A stretch of DNA of 64,000 bases from Candidatus Borrarchaeum weybense (GCA_019057385.1 JAHQJS010000005.1:32001-96000), one strand, 5' to 3'. Positions 30,508-40,679 are shown, counted from the stretch's first letter. Translations and numbers: made by a program. Notes: generated from the sequence alone by a model not told the origin.

Positions 30508-30657
30508 AACAAATTTAATTATTTTCCTATCAGTTTATACTGTGCCAACACTTTTACTATTGGTTTTATCAACCAGAAGACGGAATTCTTGAGCTAAATT
30601 TGAATATTAGAAACCAATTATTCTTTTATTTATCAAAAACAAGAAGTATCTTAGGAA

Positions 30658-31170
30658 TTGCAAATGTCAGAAGAAACCTTATGGAGAGACTACTGGAAGA
30701 ATGTAGCATCCTGTTTCAATAATGAAATAGCGAACCAATTAAATATTGAGCCTTTAACTTTAAAAGAATTTAAGCTTATATCACTAAAGAAACTTGCACG
30801 AAAACTTTATGAGGCGTGTAAAAATCACCAAGACAAACTAGATGCCATTATTTCTCTCTGTACAAAAGCCAAATTCTCTCAAAATGTATTGAGAAACGTA
30901 AGTAGGGTTCCATGGGGCTATGTAGTCACATATAGTCAGATTGCAAAATCAACTGAAAACCCAAAGGCTGCACGAGCTGTTGGTAATATTATGAGAAGAA
31001 ACCCATTCCCATTTATTGTACCATGTCATCGTGTGGTTCGTAATGATGGATCTATTGGTGGATTCATGGGTGGATTCCAAAATAGCACAAAAGTAAAGGA
31101 AAAACTACTTGAGATGGAAGGTATTACATTTGAGAATAAACGCATAAATTTAAAGAAATATGGCTTTTAA
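30658..31170 (+). CDS. ogt: Methylated-DNA-protein cysteine methyltransferase
   Basis: TYSQIA, ARAVG, NP..VPCHRVV. Confidence 0.92.
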   Translation: MQMSEETLWRDYWKNVASCFNNEIANQLNIEPLTLKEFKLISLKKLARKLYEACKNHQDKLDAIISLCTKAKFSQNVLRNVSRVPWGYVVTYSQIAKSTENPKAARAVGNIMRRNPFPFIVPCHRVVRNDGSIGGFMGGFQNSTKVKEKLLEMEGITFENKRINLKKYGF

Positions 31171-31179
31171 TCGAATGAT

Positions 31180-31557
31180 TTGAGAATTAGGAGGGACAAA
31201 TTGCAGCCGTACAGAATCTTTACTGATCGTTTAGAGAAAGGTGAACTTAAGATAGATTGTATCGTATTAGAATTAGAGAACGCTTTGTTTTTAATAATCT
31301 CCGAAAAAGGTTATCGTGTTTCTACAATGGCTGGAGGTGTGCCTTCACCATCAGGAGTCTCTGATATGCGAGCAACATCTTTTAGAATTCTTGGGCATAA
31401 AAACCTACTTCTTGCAAGCGCTCTTGCTGAAAGAATCGCCCATTCGTTAAAAAAACTTGCTTTTGTAAGTGTAGCCACTAGAGAGGATGACCCTATTCAA
31501 AAATTAGTGCTTGAACTCGCCAATAAAGCTTTAGAAAAAGTGGGTGACTCCTCATGA
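31180..31557 (+). CDS. Proteasome assembly chaperone PAC4-like protein
   Basis: ST.A..VP...S..ILG....LA..LAERIA....K.AFVS pattern; two genes downstream of psmB. Confidence 0.55.
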   Translation: MRIRRDKLQPYRIFTDRLEKGELKIDCIVLELENALFLIISEKGYRVSTMAGGVPSPSGVSDMRATSFRILGHKNLLLASALAERIAHSLKKLAFVSVATREDDPIQKLVLELANKALEKVGDSS

Positions 31558-32135
31558 AATTAGTTGTCGGAGTAACCGGCGCTAGCGGCGTAATTTATGC
31601 GTTAAAACTATTGAAATTCTTACAGGAACAAACTAGTTCCGAAGTTCATCTTGTTATCTCGAATCCCGCTGAAATTGTTATTGAACATGAACTAGAAATG
31701 GATAAAAAGGAATTTCAAAAATTTGCAGCTTATTCTTATGAAATTGACGATTTTCTATCACCCATTGCAAGTGGATCTCAGCAATTTGATGCTATGATAA
31801 TCATACCGTGTTCTATGTCTTCCCTTGCCGCGATTGCACAGGGATACACAACAAATCTTTTGTTACGGGCAGCAGATATTAGCATAAAAGAAAAAAGAAC
31901 TCTCATTATAATGCCGAGAGAACTCCCTTTCAGTCCAATTCATTTAGAAAACATGCTTAAATTAGCTAATTTAGGTGTGCATATAGTACCCGCAGCACCT
32001 GGTTTCTATCATAAACCAAAACATATTGAAGATCTTGTGAATTTTGTTGTTGGTCGGATATTAGATCTATTACATATTCCACATAACTTGTTTTCGCGGT
32101 GGCCATCTAAAAAGACTAAACGAAATGATTCTTAA
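31554..32135 (+). CDS. ubiX: Flavin prenyltransferase UbiX
   Basis: GVTGASG, IASGS, PCSM, RAAD..KE.R, PRE.P, PGFY. Confidence 0.95.
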   Translation: MKLVVGVTGASGVIYALKLLKFLQEQTSSEVHLVISNPAEIVIEHELEMDKKEFQKFAAYSYEIDDFLSPIASGSQQFDAMIIIPCSMSSLAAIAQGYTTNLLLRAADISIKEKRTLIIMPRELPFSPIHLENMLKLANLGVHIVPAAPGFYHKPKHIEDLVNFVVGRILDLLHIPHNLFSRWPSKKTKRNDS

Positions 32136-32358
32136 CAAGCATTTAGTTGACTTCTGGGAATAATTACACCAAATAAACTCTCTATGCGTTTTAGGGATGT
32201 AGTTCACAAAAACTAGTTGATTTTATCAAAACTTGTGGTCTTTATATACTATTTTTCATTTTTGTCTACGCTCTAATAGAGCCCCACATTTCTAGAAGAG
32301 ATGTACAGTTAATCACTAATACATCATTTCTAAACCAGATTTCCTTAGGTGAGAGACC

Positions 32359-32640
32359 ATGACTGAGGCAATTACAACCACGAGTACTGAAGTAACGCAA
32401 GAAGATCTACAAAAACTCTATAAGAAACAGACTGATTTAATTGCGGAAAAAATCAAATATGAACTAGTAATTGGAGATATCCTTCATGCTTTTGATACTA
32501 GAGATGCCCTGAAATGGAACAAAGCAAAAAAAATAGCAAAGATGGAACTTTTGAACAAATATATTCTTCAGTACAACCAGGTAAGAAAACAACTCATTGA
32601 AATAAATAAGACAATTAGGGCATTAGAAGAGCAAACATAG
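32359..32640 (+). CDS. Hypothetical coiled-coil protein
   Basis: GGTG RBS 7 nt before ATG; heptad pattern. Confidence 0.6.
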   Translation: MTEAITTTSTEVTQEDLQKLYKKQTDLIAEKIKYELVIGDILHAFDTRDALKWNKAKKIAKMELLNKYILQYNQVRKQLIEINKTIRALEEQT

Positions 32641-32712
32641 ACTTAATTCTATTCTACTATTAATTCTGCACTGCACTAGCTTATTTTCATGGTTTAATCA
32701 CAGTAAGAGATA

Positions 32713-32967
32713 TTATATCATGCTATGAAGTCTTAGGCGTTTTTTTTCCCATGAGATGGTACCTTTATCGACCATATGATCGATAAGTTCACTTATTCGG
32801 TGTTTAAGATCCTCAACCGATGATGAAGTTGTATACTGTATTAATTCAATCAATTCATCAAATTTTGGAAATTTACCAGTTTGGTTATGAAATTGGTCAA
32901 TGAAGAATTTCAAATCCTCTTCACTGATGCTACTAAAATCGCCACTCATAACTAAAATCGCCGCCAC
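32713..32967 (-). CDS. Small hypothetical protein, possible winged helix
   Basis: Helical body ending MVDKGTISW, a wing-like segment. Confidence 0.45.
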   Translation of the reverse strand: MAAILVMSGDFSSISEEDLKFFIDQFHNQTGKFPKFDELIELIQYTTSSSVEDLKHRISELIDHMVDKGTISWEKKRLRLHSMI

Positions 32968-33089
32968 AAATTCAATTAGAAGAGTTGGTGAAATTATTTC
33001 TCATATCATGAGAATTTCTTATCTATAAAATAATTAATTTTTCTCGTTTAACTAAGGAAAAAATCTATGATTGAAATCAGTAGTATAGC

Positions 33090-33342
33090 ATCAAAGTCTT
33101 TTGTCAAACTGGATTTGCAGTTTTTTCCAATATGTTTCTTTTCTTCCACTTTTTCCACTTCCTTCTTAATTTAAAGATTACACATCGGATAGTGGTTCCA
33201 AATAAAAAATCATAATTTAAGAACTATAGTTAAAAAGTCGGCTTCACGTATAAAAAGAAATTGTCTTTGAAGTAATCTTGCAATATAGGTGACCTATGGT
33301 CTGGGGTAAATCCATTTTTTCAATATGTTTCTTTTCTTCCAC
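33090..33342 (-). pseudogene. Degenerate tandem copies of the start of the 33357-33809 gene
   Basis: Frameshifted DLPQTIGHL/IARLLQRQF versus intact DLPQSLGYLIARLVHQKF; exact 22-bp repeat at 33128-33149 and 33321-33342. Confidence 0.6.
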
Positions 33343-33356
33343 CTTTCTACTCCCTT

Positions 33357-33809
33357 TTAGCTATAAAATAACAGTTTCTGTTGCAATTCAGTCTGCGCTA
33401 TTTGTTGTTTTATTGCAGAAATGCCGACTTTAGCTTCCGTCATATCTCCGCCTATTTTGTAACGTTCGGTCAAATCATATTGCCCTTTCTTGACTTCCTT
33501 CAGTTCATAACTAACATAATAGACGGTTTTTATGTAATTACTTTTGCAGTGCAGACATTTTGCTTCTCCAGAAACCGCTTTAGTTTCAACTGCTTCATAG
33601 ACGAATTGCATTTTACCAAAGTCTAGCTTAATGATATTGTAACGTTCCATTTTTTCTTTATCATCGAAGACTATTGTCATTGTTCCATCTCGATTTATGG
33701 CGGCAACTTCTCTAGGAAACTTTTGGTGAACGAGCCTCGCAATGAGATAGCCTAGGGACTGGGGTAGATCATATTTTGCTTCAGAGGTCTTTTCCTCCAT
33801 TTTTTCCAC
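33357..33809 (-). CDS. Hypothetical protein
   Basis: 150-aa ORF with RBS GAGGTG; contains a CLHC motif. Confidence 0.6.
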   Translation of the reverse strand: MEKMEEKTSEAKYDLPQSLGYLIARLVHQKFPREVAAINRDGTMTIVFDDKEKMERYNIIKLDFGKMQFVYEAVETKAVSGEAKCLHCKSNYIKTVYYVSYELKEVKKGQYDLTERYKIGGDMTEAKVGISAIKQQIAQTELQQKLLFYS

Positions 33810-34269
33810 CTCTTTTTTAATTTATGATGCAAATAAATTTGATTTACTAATAGATAAAGATACAAATGGTTTGGAAATCGAGGGGATTGTTAACGATATC
33901 TTCAATTAACTTTTCGGATCCATCTCTTAAATTACTTGTGGGAAATCTCTACGCTGTTCTCAACTCTTATGCTCCAAGAACCGCTAAAGTGAGGTATAAT
34001 GTAATTTACTTGTATCAATAAATTAATCGAAATATCGCCATATATAGATACACAACAATAAGTTAAAAATACATCGATAGCGGAAATTTAAGATTAACAC
34101 GAACTGTCATGTTTCTTGTAAAGTTCGCAGGATCATGTTTCATTATCATTTACATCAACAGATCCTTTGATGTTTCTTTCAGTAACCACAATACTAAGAA
34201 ATATATAATGTCCACGAACGAAAGAATGATACATACTATTAATTGAATAAATTGAAAGGAAAGAAAAAA

Positions 34270-34455
34270 ATGGCTAATAAGGAACAGATGATAATAGATG
34301 CGATGAAGAAAGCAAACAAACCCGTAAGACCTGGAGACATCGCAAAAATGACAGACTTAGAATCGAAGGAAATTTCTAAAATTATAAAGGAGTTAAAGAA
34401 GAGCGGAAAGGTTGTCGTTCCTAAAAGGTGCTATTACATACTAGTTGATGAATAA
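34270..34455 (+). CDS. Small winged-HTH protein
   Basis: KPVRPGDIAKMT...EISK.IKELKK.GKV..PKRCYY. Confidence 0.8.
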   Translation: MANKEQMIIDAMKKANKPVRPGDIAKMTDLESKEISKIIKELKKSGKVVVPKRCYYILVDE

Positions 34456-34489
34456 AAAAACAAGTTTCATTTCTAAAAAGCTAGCGAGT

Positions 34490-35923
34490 CTATAATTTCT
34501 TTGAAATGTCGAGAATTCGTTCCATCTTAGTAATACGTTCTTCGAGATTTTTAATTGCTTTATCCTTTTCTCTAATTTCTTTTTCTATCTGATTGAGTCT
34601 TCCGACACCCTCTCTGCTAAAAGGTGCTTTCATGTATTCAGAAGCGATCCAACCAAGATCATGTCTATCAAAATAGTTCTCTTTTGATCCTTCGAGTTTA
34701 TGACCCATTAATGCTTCTGCAAGGTCGTTATCAATGGGTGCTTTGTAGAACATTTTTCTAAAACTCTTTCGAAGTAGGTGCGCCCATATTCGGTCAGGGT
34801 CTAAACCGATTTTCTTAGCACTACGTTTCACAATACGATTTACTGAATCGTGATAGAGAGGTCTACCATTTTCACGATAACTTTCAGAAGCAAATACAAT
34901 GTCGTCATCTTTTGGTTTCCATCCTTCTGTTTCTTTTCTCCACTCGATATAAGTTTTCAATGCTTCAGCAGCTTCGTCTTGTAGGAAGGTATAATAGTAG
35001 GTGAGTTGATAATTAATGAGTTTGGTGTCTATGTCTGATGTAATTTTGAGATGAATAGGAACGGTTAATTTTGGTTCGACAAATGCTTTAATCATTCCAT
35101 ATGTCCAGCGGCGAATACAATTACTTCTAACTCCGCTTTGAAACAAACACAGAATCAATGCTCTATTCCTTAACGATCCTGCACTATCAGCCATACGGTA
35201 GATTTCTTCCTTTTGTGGTATTTGTTGAATACGAGTTCTTTTAGCAGTTCTTTTTACCTTATCCCTTTTGGTAAACGGTATTCTTCGTCGATGATAATCA
35301 AAAAACGATCTTAATACTATATAGATTTTTCGAGCGGTCTCGTTCTTTCCTTCTTTAATATATTTTTGTTTAACTAGCGTATATTTCTTAATTATCTCTT
35401 CTGGTGATAGAGATAAAAGGTCTGGTGGTTTTAGTTTTGAGTGGTCAAGAAAATAATTCATACAACTCAGATAACCGTCGCGAGTACCAGTAGATTTATA
35501 GTCATTTATCCAAAGATTGATTTCGTCGTAATCCAATAGCCAACCATAGACTTTTTCTGTCATGGGAATTTTTACAAAACGACCATACTCGTCTTGACGT
35601 TCTCCTAAAGGTTTTTCTATTTTTTTATTGTGATAACGCAAAAAATTATTTACTGCTGCTCTCATTTTCCAAAAACTACGATCTCTTAATGTTTCTTTTA
35701 GTTCTTTGAAAGTACGGTCAAAAAGAACGCTGATTTCTTCAGGTGTTTGATCTAAAAGTGTTTGTGGTGTGGTGTTTGTCTTTTTGCAGAAATGAGATAA
35801 ATTAGTTATACGCTCTCGCTGAGTGCTTTCTTTATTTGTATCAACAATCCATTCAGTTACAGACTTGAAATTTAAAAGCCAATCATAAGATTTCCGTTTG
35901 CTTCGAGTCAAGATTTTTGACAA
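34490..35923 (-). CDS. Tyrosine recombinase/integrase with duplicated N-terminal domain
   Basis: Catalytic SGVR, HLLRK, LMGH, Y (ENYF); C-terminal coiled coil; TTG start after GAGGAGG. Confidence 0.9.
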   Translation of the reverse strand: MSKILTRSKRKSYDWLLNFKSVTEWIVDTNKESTQRERITNLSHFCKKTNTTPQTLLDQTPEEISVLFDRTFKELKETLRDRSFWKMRAAVNNFLRYHNKKIEKPLGERQDEYGRFVKIPMTEKVYGWLLDYDEINLWINDYKSTGTRDGYLSCMNYFLDHSKLKPPDLLSLSPEEIIKKYTLVKQKYIKEGKNETARKIYIVLRSFFDYHRRRIPFTKRDKVKRTAKRTRIQQIPQKEEIYRMADSAGSLRNRALILCLFQSGVRSNCIRRWTYGMIKAFVEPKLTVPIHLKITSDIDTKLINYQLTYYYTFLQDEAAEALKTYIEWRKETEGWKPKDDDIVFASESYRENGRPLYHDSVNRIVKRSAKKIGLDPDRIWAHLLRKSFRKMFYKAPIDNDLAEALMGHKLEGSKENYFDRHDLGWIASEYMKAPFSREGVGRLNQIEKEIREKDKAIKNLEERITKMERILDISKKL

Positions 35924-36070
35924 TATATCATCCTCCTCTTTGTTGAAGAAAGATCGCTGACTTCATATTAAAAAGAGATATATAAGGGTACCGCAGTAAG
36001 TCACCAAAACGATGTTATTACGCTCTGGCTGAGCAGTAAACTAATAGTCTAAACTCTGACAAGTTTTCAT

Positions 36071-36706
36071 TTATTCATCTTTTTTTGCGCTTTTTAAAAA
36101 AATTGTAAGCTGTGCAAGTCTCTTAACCATCTTATGGATTGATTTGAGACCCACTTCGTCCTCTTTGGTTCCCTCGGCTTTTTGGTCCTTTGACCAAATA
36201 GTTCCCCCTAGGTTCGCGCCAAAACTTCCTCCCCCGACCGGAAGCATGAAATTTATTATGTAGAAATCGATGATCGTCTTAATTGTTGGTTCTTGACCTC
36301 CTATTCTATCGCCCCCAGAAGCGATCGCTCCACCTACTTTGTTCTTAAAAATATGAATATCTTTTGCAACTAAGGCACGGCATCGATCAAGTATTGCTTT
36401 TGTCTGAGCGGATACATTTCCCTGATAAACAGGTGAACCGATAATCCACGCATCTGCCCATACTAATTTCTGAAAAAGTTCCTGTGACACGTCATCGTCC
36501 TTATGTACACATTTGCCCTCTTTTTTTCGTACGCATAAATCACAATGAATACAGAACTTGATATTCTTTTTATGTGCGGAAAAGTAATCAGTCTTAACGT
36601 TATATTTCTCACGAGCGTATCTTAATGCTTCGTTCACTGCGAAATCAGTTGATCCTAGCCTAGGACTGCCAGAGATCCCAAGTATTTTAATTTGATCATT
36701 GGTCAT
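36071..36706 (-). CDS. Iron-sulfur flavoprotein (Isf/flavodoxin-like)
   Basis: GISGSPR, CIHCDLC...C, GSPVY. Confidence 0.9.
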   Translation of the reverse strand: MTNDQIKILGISGSPRLGSTDFAVNEALRYAREKYNVKTDYFSAHKKNIKFCIHCDLCVRKKEGKCVHKDDDVSQELFQKLVWADAWIIGSPVYQGNVSAQTKAILDRCRALVAKDIHIFKNKVGGAIASGGDRIGGQEPTIKTIIDFYIINFMLPVGGGSFGANLGGTIWSKDQKAEGTKEDEVGLKSIHKMVKRLAQLTIFLKSAKKDE

Positions 36707-36786
36707 TAATATCCCTCACTTGATGTAATTAAAGCGATTTATTGTCTAAAAAAAGGTTGTAAAAAAGTCTTTTGGAGAATTAAAAC

Positions 36787-37221
36787 TCAATACAGTGTGA
36801 GATAGACGAAGATTCCGCTAATCACCAGAAAATACCACAATAATAGTAGTATTATTCCTAATGTCTGATGTATACGTCGCTGCCTAGGTGGTAGAACCAT
36901 GACCGGGCTGTCTTTTGCCCTCCAAATAAACCCAAGAATGATATTAATTGCAGCTAATATCACAACCAAAGACGCAATTGTAGCATGTGCGATTGTTGAC
37001 GCCGCTTCAGCTATGGAAAGCAAAATAGAGAAACTAATGACCATTAACGCAACACCAAATACAATGTGAGCCACAAAAGAACTTAGCATTATCCAGTGGT
37101 GCCGAGTACCTCTATGCTTTCGTGCAAAATAGAAACCAAGCGTCAAGAGAATCGCTAAAATTATTTCTACAATCAAGATTGCATCGGAAATTAATGGTGC
37201 TTGTGCTCTAAAAATTACCAT
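36787..37221 (-). CDS. 4-TM membrane protein with conserved His (DUF420/cytochrome b-like)
   Basis: Four hydrophobic helices, HH, H and H residues. Confidence 0.55.
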   Translation of the reverse strand: MVIFRAQAPLISDAILIVEIILAILLTLGFYFARKHRGTRHHWIMLSSFVAHIVFGVALMVISFSILLSIAEAASTIAHATIASLVVILAAINIILGFIWRAKDSPVMVLPPRQRRIHQTLGIILLLLWYFLVISGIFVYLTLY

Positions 37222-37266
37222 CTTTTCCCTCCATTAATTATTAAAGTCCGTTTTATGAAAGTTCGG

Positions 37267-37836
37267 TTATAAAAAGCGATCTAATGTGGCACTTTTGCTA
37301 ACGATACTACGTATGTCTTCTGGTTTCTTCAGTACGGTGATACTTTGCATTTGACGAAGTTTCGCTACGTTTTCAACATCAATAGGTCGCATTGTTAATG
37401 TCAATTCCTTTCCACTAGGCAATATCGTTGTAACACTACCAAACTCTTGATCTACTGGTAAAATAAAAACAGGACATCCTCCCTTAATTCCCTGACTCAA
37501 AGAATTCGTGATTAAAGTATCTGCAATCCCGTGAACTATTTTGGCAGTTGTATTTGCTGATGACGGCGCAATGAGGAAGAAATCATATTTTCGTAGTTGT
37601 AATGAAGCAGCTAAGAATGGAGTATTTGCGTCCTTCTCAACCATTACTTTTCCAATCGTTTCTAAAGTATCCCAAAATTTATACATATCAGCAACAGTCT
37701 TGCCTGCTTTGCTCAAAAAAATTTTAACTTGAACTTTTTCTTCTTCTATAAGTTCTTTCATTATTTCTACTAACTCAGGAAGCATATCTCCTGCGCCCGT
37801 TATTCCCCATGCGATTCTTAAGTTCTTTTGCGACAT
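37267..37836 (-). CDS. afpA: Archaeoflavoprotein AfpA family
   Basis: IAWGITGAG, APSSANTTAKIVHGIADTLITN, ILPVD, R.IDVEN. Confidence 0.85.
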   Translation of the reverse strand: MSQKNLRIAWGITGAGDMLPELVEIMKELIEEEKVQVKIFLSKAGKTVADMYKFWDTLETIGKVMVEKDANTPFLAASLQLRKYDFFLIAPSSANTTAKIVHGIADTLITNSLSQGIKGGCPVFILPVDQEFGSVTTILPSGKELTLTMRPIDVENVAKLRQMQSITVLKKPEDIRSIVSKSATLDRFL

Positions 37837-38028
37837 AGGTCTACCTCACTTAGCTCAAACTTAAAGTAACATTATGGCACTATCTCTATAAGAATCTATT
37901 TGTTGACAAATACCTCTTGTAAAAATTTAGATCGCGCAAAATTATCTTCACAGGTCATCTATTTTCTCTTATTTCGAACACTATAAGTTTAAATTTAATT
38001 TACCTATGCCTATATCGATTAAATTATA

Positions 38029-38313
38029 ATGATACATAATGAAAGAACAAATACGGAGACTATGACAATGTCAAATGATAAAAAAGCAGACAAAGTTTTG
38101 GATTGCCGTGGAATGCTATGCCCAGAACCAGTTTTAGAAACGAAAAAAAATATTAAAAATTTAGAAATTGGGCAAGTCCTAGAAGTTTTAGCCGATGACA
38201 GGGGCTCTGTAGAAGATATTCCACGATGGGCCAAAAGAACTAAACAAGAGTTTCTAGGTTATGAAGAAACAGATGAGGGCCACTATAGTTTCCTTATAAA
38301 ACGAATTAAGTAG
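38029..38313 (+). CDS. tusA: Sulfur carrier TusA
   Basis: LDCRGMLCPEP, LEVLADD...DIPRW. Confidence 0.9.
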   Translation: MIHNERTNTETMTMSNDKKADKVLDCRGMLCPEPVLETKKNIKNLEIGQVLEVLADDRGSVEDIPRWAKRTKQEFLGYEETDEGHYSFLIKRIK

Positions 38314-38324
38314 GAGGAATTAAT

Positions 38325-38681
38325 ATGGCTAAGAAAATCGCAATCATTGTATCAGGAGATACACCAGATAAGGCGTATCCCCCGTTCATTTTAGCAACGA
38401 CGGCAGCGGCGAGTGACATGGAGGTGCACTTGTACTTCACCATGAATGGCTTGCGTTTGCTGACGAAAGGATTTGCTGACAATATATCTATGCCTGGTGC
38501 TCCACCGCTGATTGGTCTGATCAATCGTGCAAGAGAAATGGGCGTGTATATGTACGGGTGCACAGTAAGTATGCCAATGCTACAAATCACAGAAGATGAC
38601 TTCATAGAAGGCGTTACCTGTGTAGGCGCAGCTACTTATCTTGATATAGCTGCTGATTGTGACGTCAGCCTCTATGTTTAA
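38325..38681 (+). CDS. DsrE2/DsrE-like sulfurtransferase
   Basis: PPFILATTAAA, LYFT..G, GCTVSM, VGAATYL. Confidence 0.85.
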   Translation: MAKKIAIIVSGDTPDKAYPPFILATTAAASDMEVHLYFTMNGLRLLTKGFADNISMPGAPPLIGLINRAREMGVYMYGCTVSMPMLQITEDDFIEGVTCVGAATYLDIAADCDVSLYV

Positions 38682-38705
38682 AAATAAAACTCTCCTTTCT
38701 TTTTT

Positions 38706-39095
38706 TTGAATTTGAAGGTGATTATTATGGGTACCTTATCTATTTTGCTCACAACAGGTCCTTACACTTCGCAGAACACAGATACAGTAATAGAGGTAAC
38801 TAAGGCTGCAGTAAAAAGGGGACACGAAGTCATGGGAATATATTTATTTATGGACGGTGTTTTAAATACCAATAAGGATATAGATAGTCTATCAGATGAG
38901 GAAAGAAATATTGCAAGGCTTCTGGAGGAGTTAACTGCAACGGGCGTAAAGATCTTTTCATGCCCAGTATGTTGTAGTTACCGGGGGATCAAGGATGAAA
39001 AATTACTGATCGAGGGTGCGACGTTCGATGGACTGGGCGGACTTAGTGAATTAGTGCTAGACTCTGACAGATTTTTGGTTTTTAGCGGTTATTAA
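38706..39095 (+). CDS. DsrE/TusD-like sulfurtransferase (probable start 38727)
   Basis: GPY, YLFMDGV, CPVCCSYRG. Confidence 0.85.
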   Translation: MNLKVIIMGTLSILLTTGPYTSQNTDTVIEVTKAAVKRGHEVMGIYLFMDGVLNTNKDIDSLSDEERNIARLLEELTATGVKIFSCPVCCSYRGIKDEKLLIEGATFDGLGGLSELVLDSDRFLVFSGY

Positions 39096-39478
39096 TGTTT
39101 GATGAGGAGAATGAATTGCCAGAAAGTGTCGTAATATTATTCCGAAATGCCCCTTATGGCACTGTTTTCAATGCCGAAGGTTTAAGAGTTTGTACTGGAC
39201 TGACGGCTTTAGATGTGGAGACGCATGCAGTATTTATGGACGATGCTGTTTTCACGTTGTTACAAGGACAAACGCCTAAAGGCATTCATATGGGGGATTT
39301 AAGCAAAGGAATCATTCCAATGATTGAGTTCGAAGTGAGTGTCTATGTAATGAAGGAGTCACTTGATTCACGTGGCTTAGCTGAAGATGACATCATAAAA
39401 AACGATGAAATTCAAATCATCTCTAAAAAAGAATTAAGCAAACTCATCGTAGAAGCAGATGTCACATTTTCGATATAG
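39095..39478 (+). CDS. DsrF/TusC-like protein
   Basis: APYG...EGLR, FMDDAV, ESLDSRGL. Confidence 0.85.
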   Translation: MFDEENELPESVVILFRNAPYGTVFNAEGLRVCTGLTALDVETHAVFMDDAVFTLLQGQTPKGIHMGDLSKGIIPMIEFEVSVYVMKESLDSRGLAEDDIIKNDEIQIISKKELSKLIVEADVTFSI

Positions 39479-39502
39479 GATAAAAGGATAGGTGGAAGTA
39501 AG

Positions 39503-39829
39503 ATGCCAAGTTTGTTATATATCGTAAGAAGATCTCCTTTCATGTATTCAGATCTTGAACGCGCTTCTGAATTAGCGTCTATGCAAAAAGAGGAAGGGAA
39601 TGATGTAGGGATGGTCTTGATGCAAGATGCTGTTCTTATCACTAAAAAATCCGAGAAGTCGAAAATGTTGGAAGAGATAATGGTAAATGGAATAAACATT
39701 TACGTTATAGAGGCAGACTGCAACGCAAGAGGCATCAATGAGATGATTATTGAAGGGGTCAAAAAAGTAGGCTACGAAGAGTTCATAGATTTAGTCATGG
39801 AAAACTATGAAAAAACTGTTTCTTTCTAA
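39503..39829 (+). CDS. DsrH/TusB-like protein
   Basis: RSPF, LMQDAV, DCNARG, YEEFIDL. Confidence 0.85.
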   Translation: MPSLLYIVRRSPFMYSDLERASELASMQKEEGNDVGMVLMQDAVLITKKSEKSKMLEEIMVNGINIYVIEADCNARGINEMIIEGVKKVGYEEFIDLVMENYEKTVSF

Positions 39830-39876
39830 ACACTTATTTTTGTGACAGAAGAAGTTTCAATTGGATCGGAGTTTCA

Positions 39877-40539
39877 ATGAGTAAAGAAAATTTATTGCTA
39901 ACACTTGATAATAGGTTCGTGGACAATTTTCAACTTAAAATAAAGGACCTATCTGAAGGACGTTTCGTTGAAGAAACTAATTTCAAAATCTATTTGAAGA
40001 ACGAGAAAGAGAATTTATCTCGAAACCCGGCGATGTTTGGGAAGCACTTCAGTGGAAGAGGCAAATTCTATTTGCCCTGGGTCGAGGTGTATTTTGTAGA
40101 TACTGTAAAATTTGAATCTCGTGAAGAGACACTCTCCTATAAAACCCTTGGACTGCTCTTTAAAGAGATTTCCAGTATTATTCCTGCAGGCGGAAAGTTG
40201 ATGATACCTTATATCGGTCATGAAACTACTGATGCGGCTCTTCGTCATGGAGCACCACCAGTGACCACCGAAATAGGTTATCTCATGTGGCGAGCTGGCG
40301 CGACTTGGTTTAAAGACTGGTATTTCTCGGAGGGGGCGTGGGAAGGAGATGTGAAGATGCAAGGTAACAAGCCTTTTGATGAGAAACATCGGAAAAAAAA
40401 TTTATTATCGATTTACGAGGAAGTAAGCGACTTTTTGAAGAAGGATAACTCTAATTCTAAACTCTTTAATGGTTGCAGACAACGTGCCAAATTGATTTTG
40501 GACGAGATAATAACGCGATTTCCAGATATTTCTCTATAA
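39877..40539 (+). CDS. DUF1122-family protein
   Basis: FSGRG..Y.PW.E, G.TWFKDWYFSEG..EG..K.QG.KP. Confidence 0.8.
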   Translation: MSKENLLLTLDNRFVDNFQLKIKDLSEGRFVEETNFKIYLKNEKENLSRNPAMFGKHFSGRGKFYLPWVEVYFVDTVKFESREETLSYKTLGLLFKEISSIIPAGGKLMIPYIGHETTDAALRHGAPPVTTEIGYLMWRAGATWFKDWYFSEGAWEGDVKMQGNKPFDEKHRKKNLLSIYEEVSDFLKKDNSNSKLFNGCRQRAKLILDEIITRFPDISL

Positions 40540-40679
40540 GCACGCCTTTTGTTTATTTTTCTCTTGTATTTATTTTTTTATTTATTTCAAAACAATTGTT
40601 CTAAAATCCGCAAGGTTTATATGTAGAGTTAACAATATAAACATTGATGACTCTACATATTTTATGGAGGTAAAATAAT

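Noticed and set aside
32136-36070. Intact provirus or integrative element with att sites
   Set aside because: No flanking direct repeats found by eye; no replication, capsid or conjugation genes; the tRNA is 5 kb away and not duplicated
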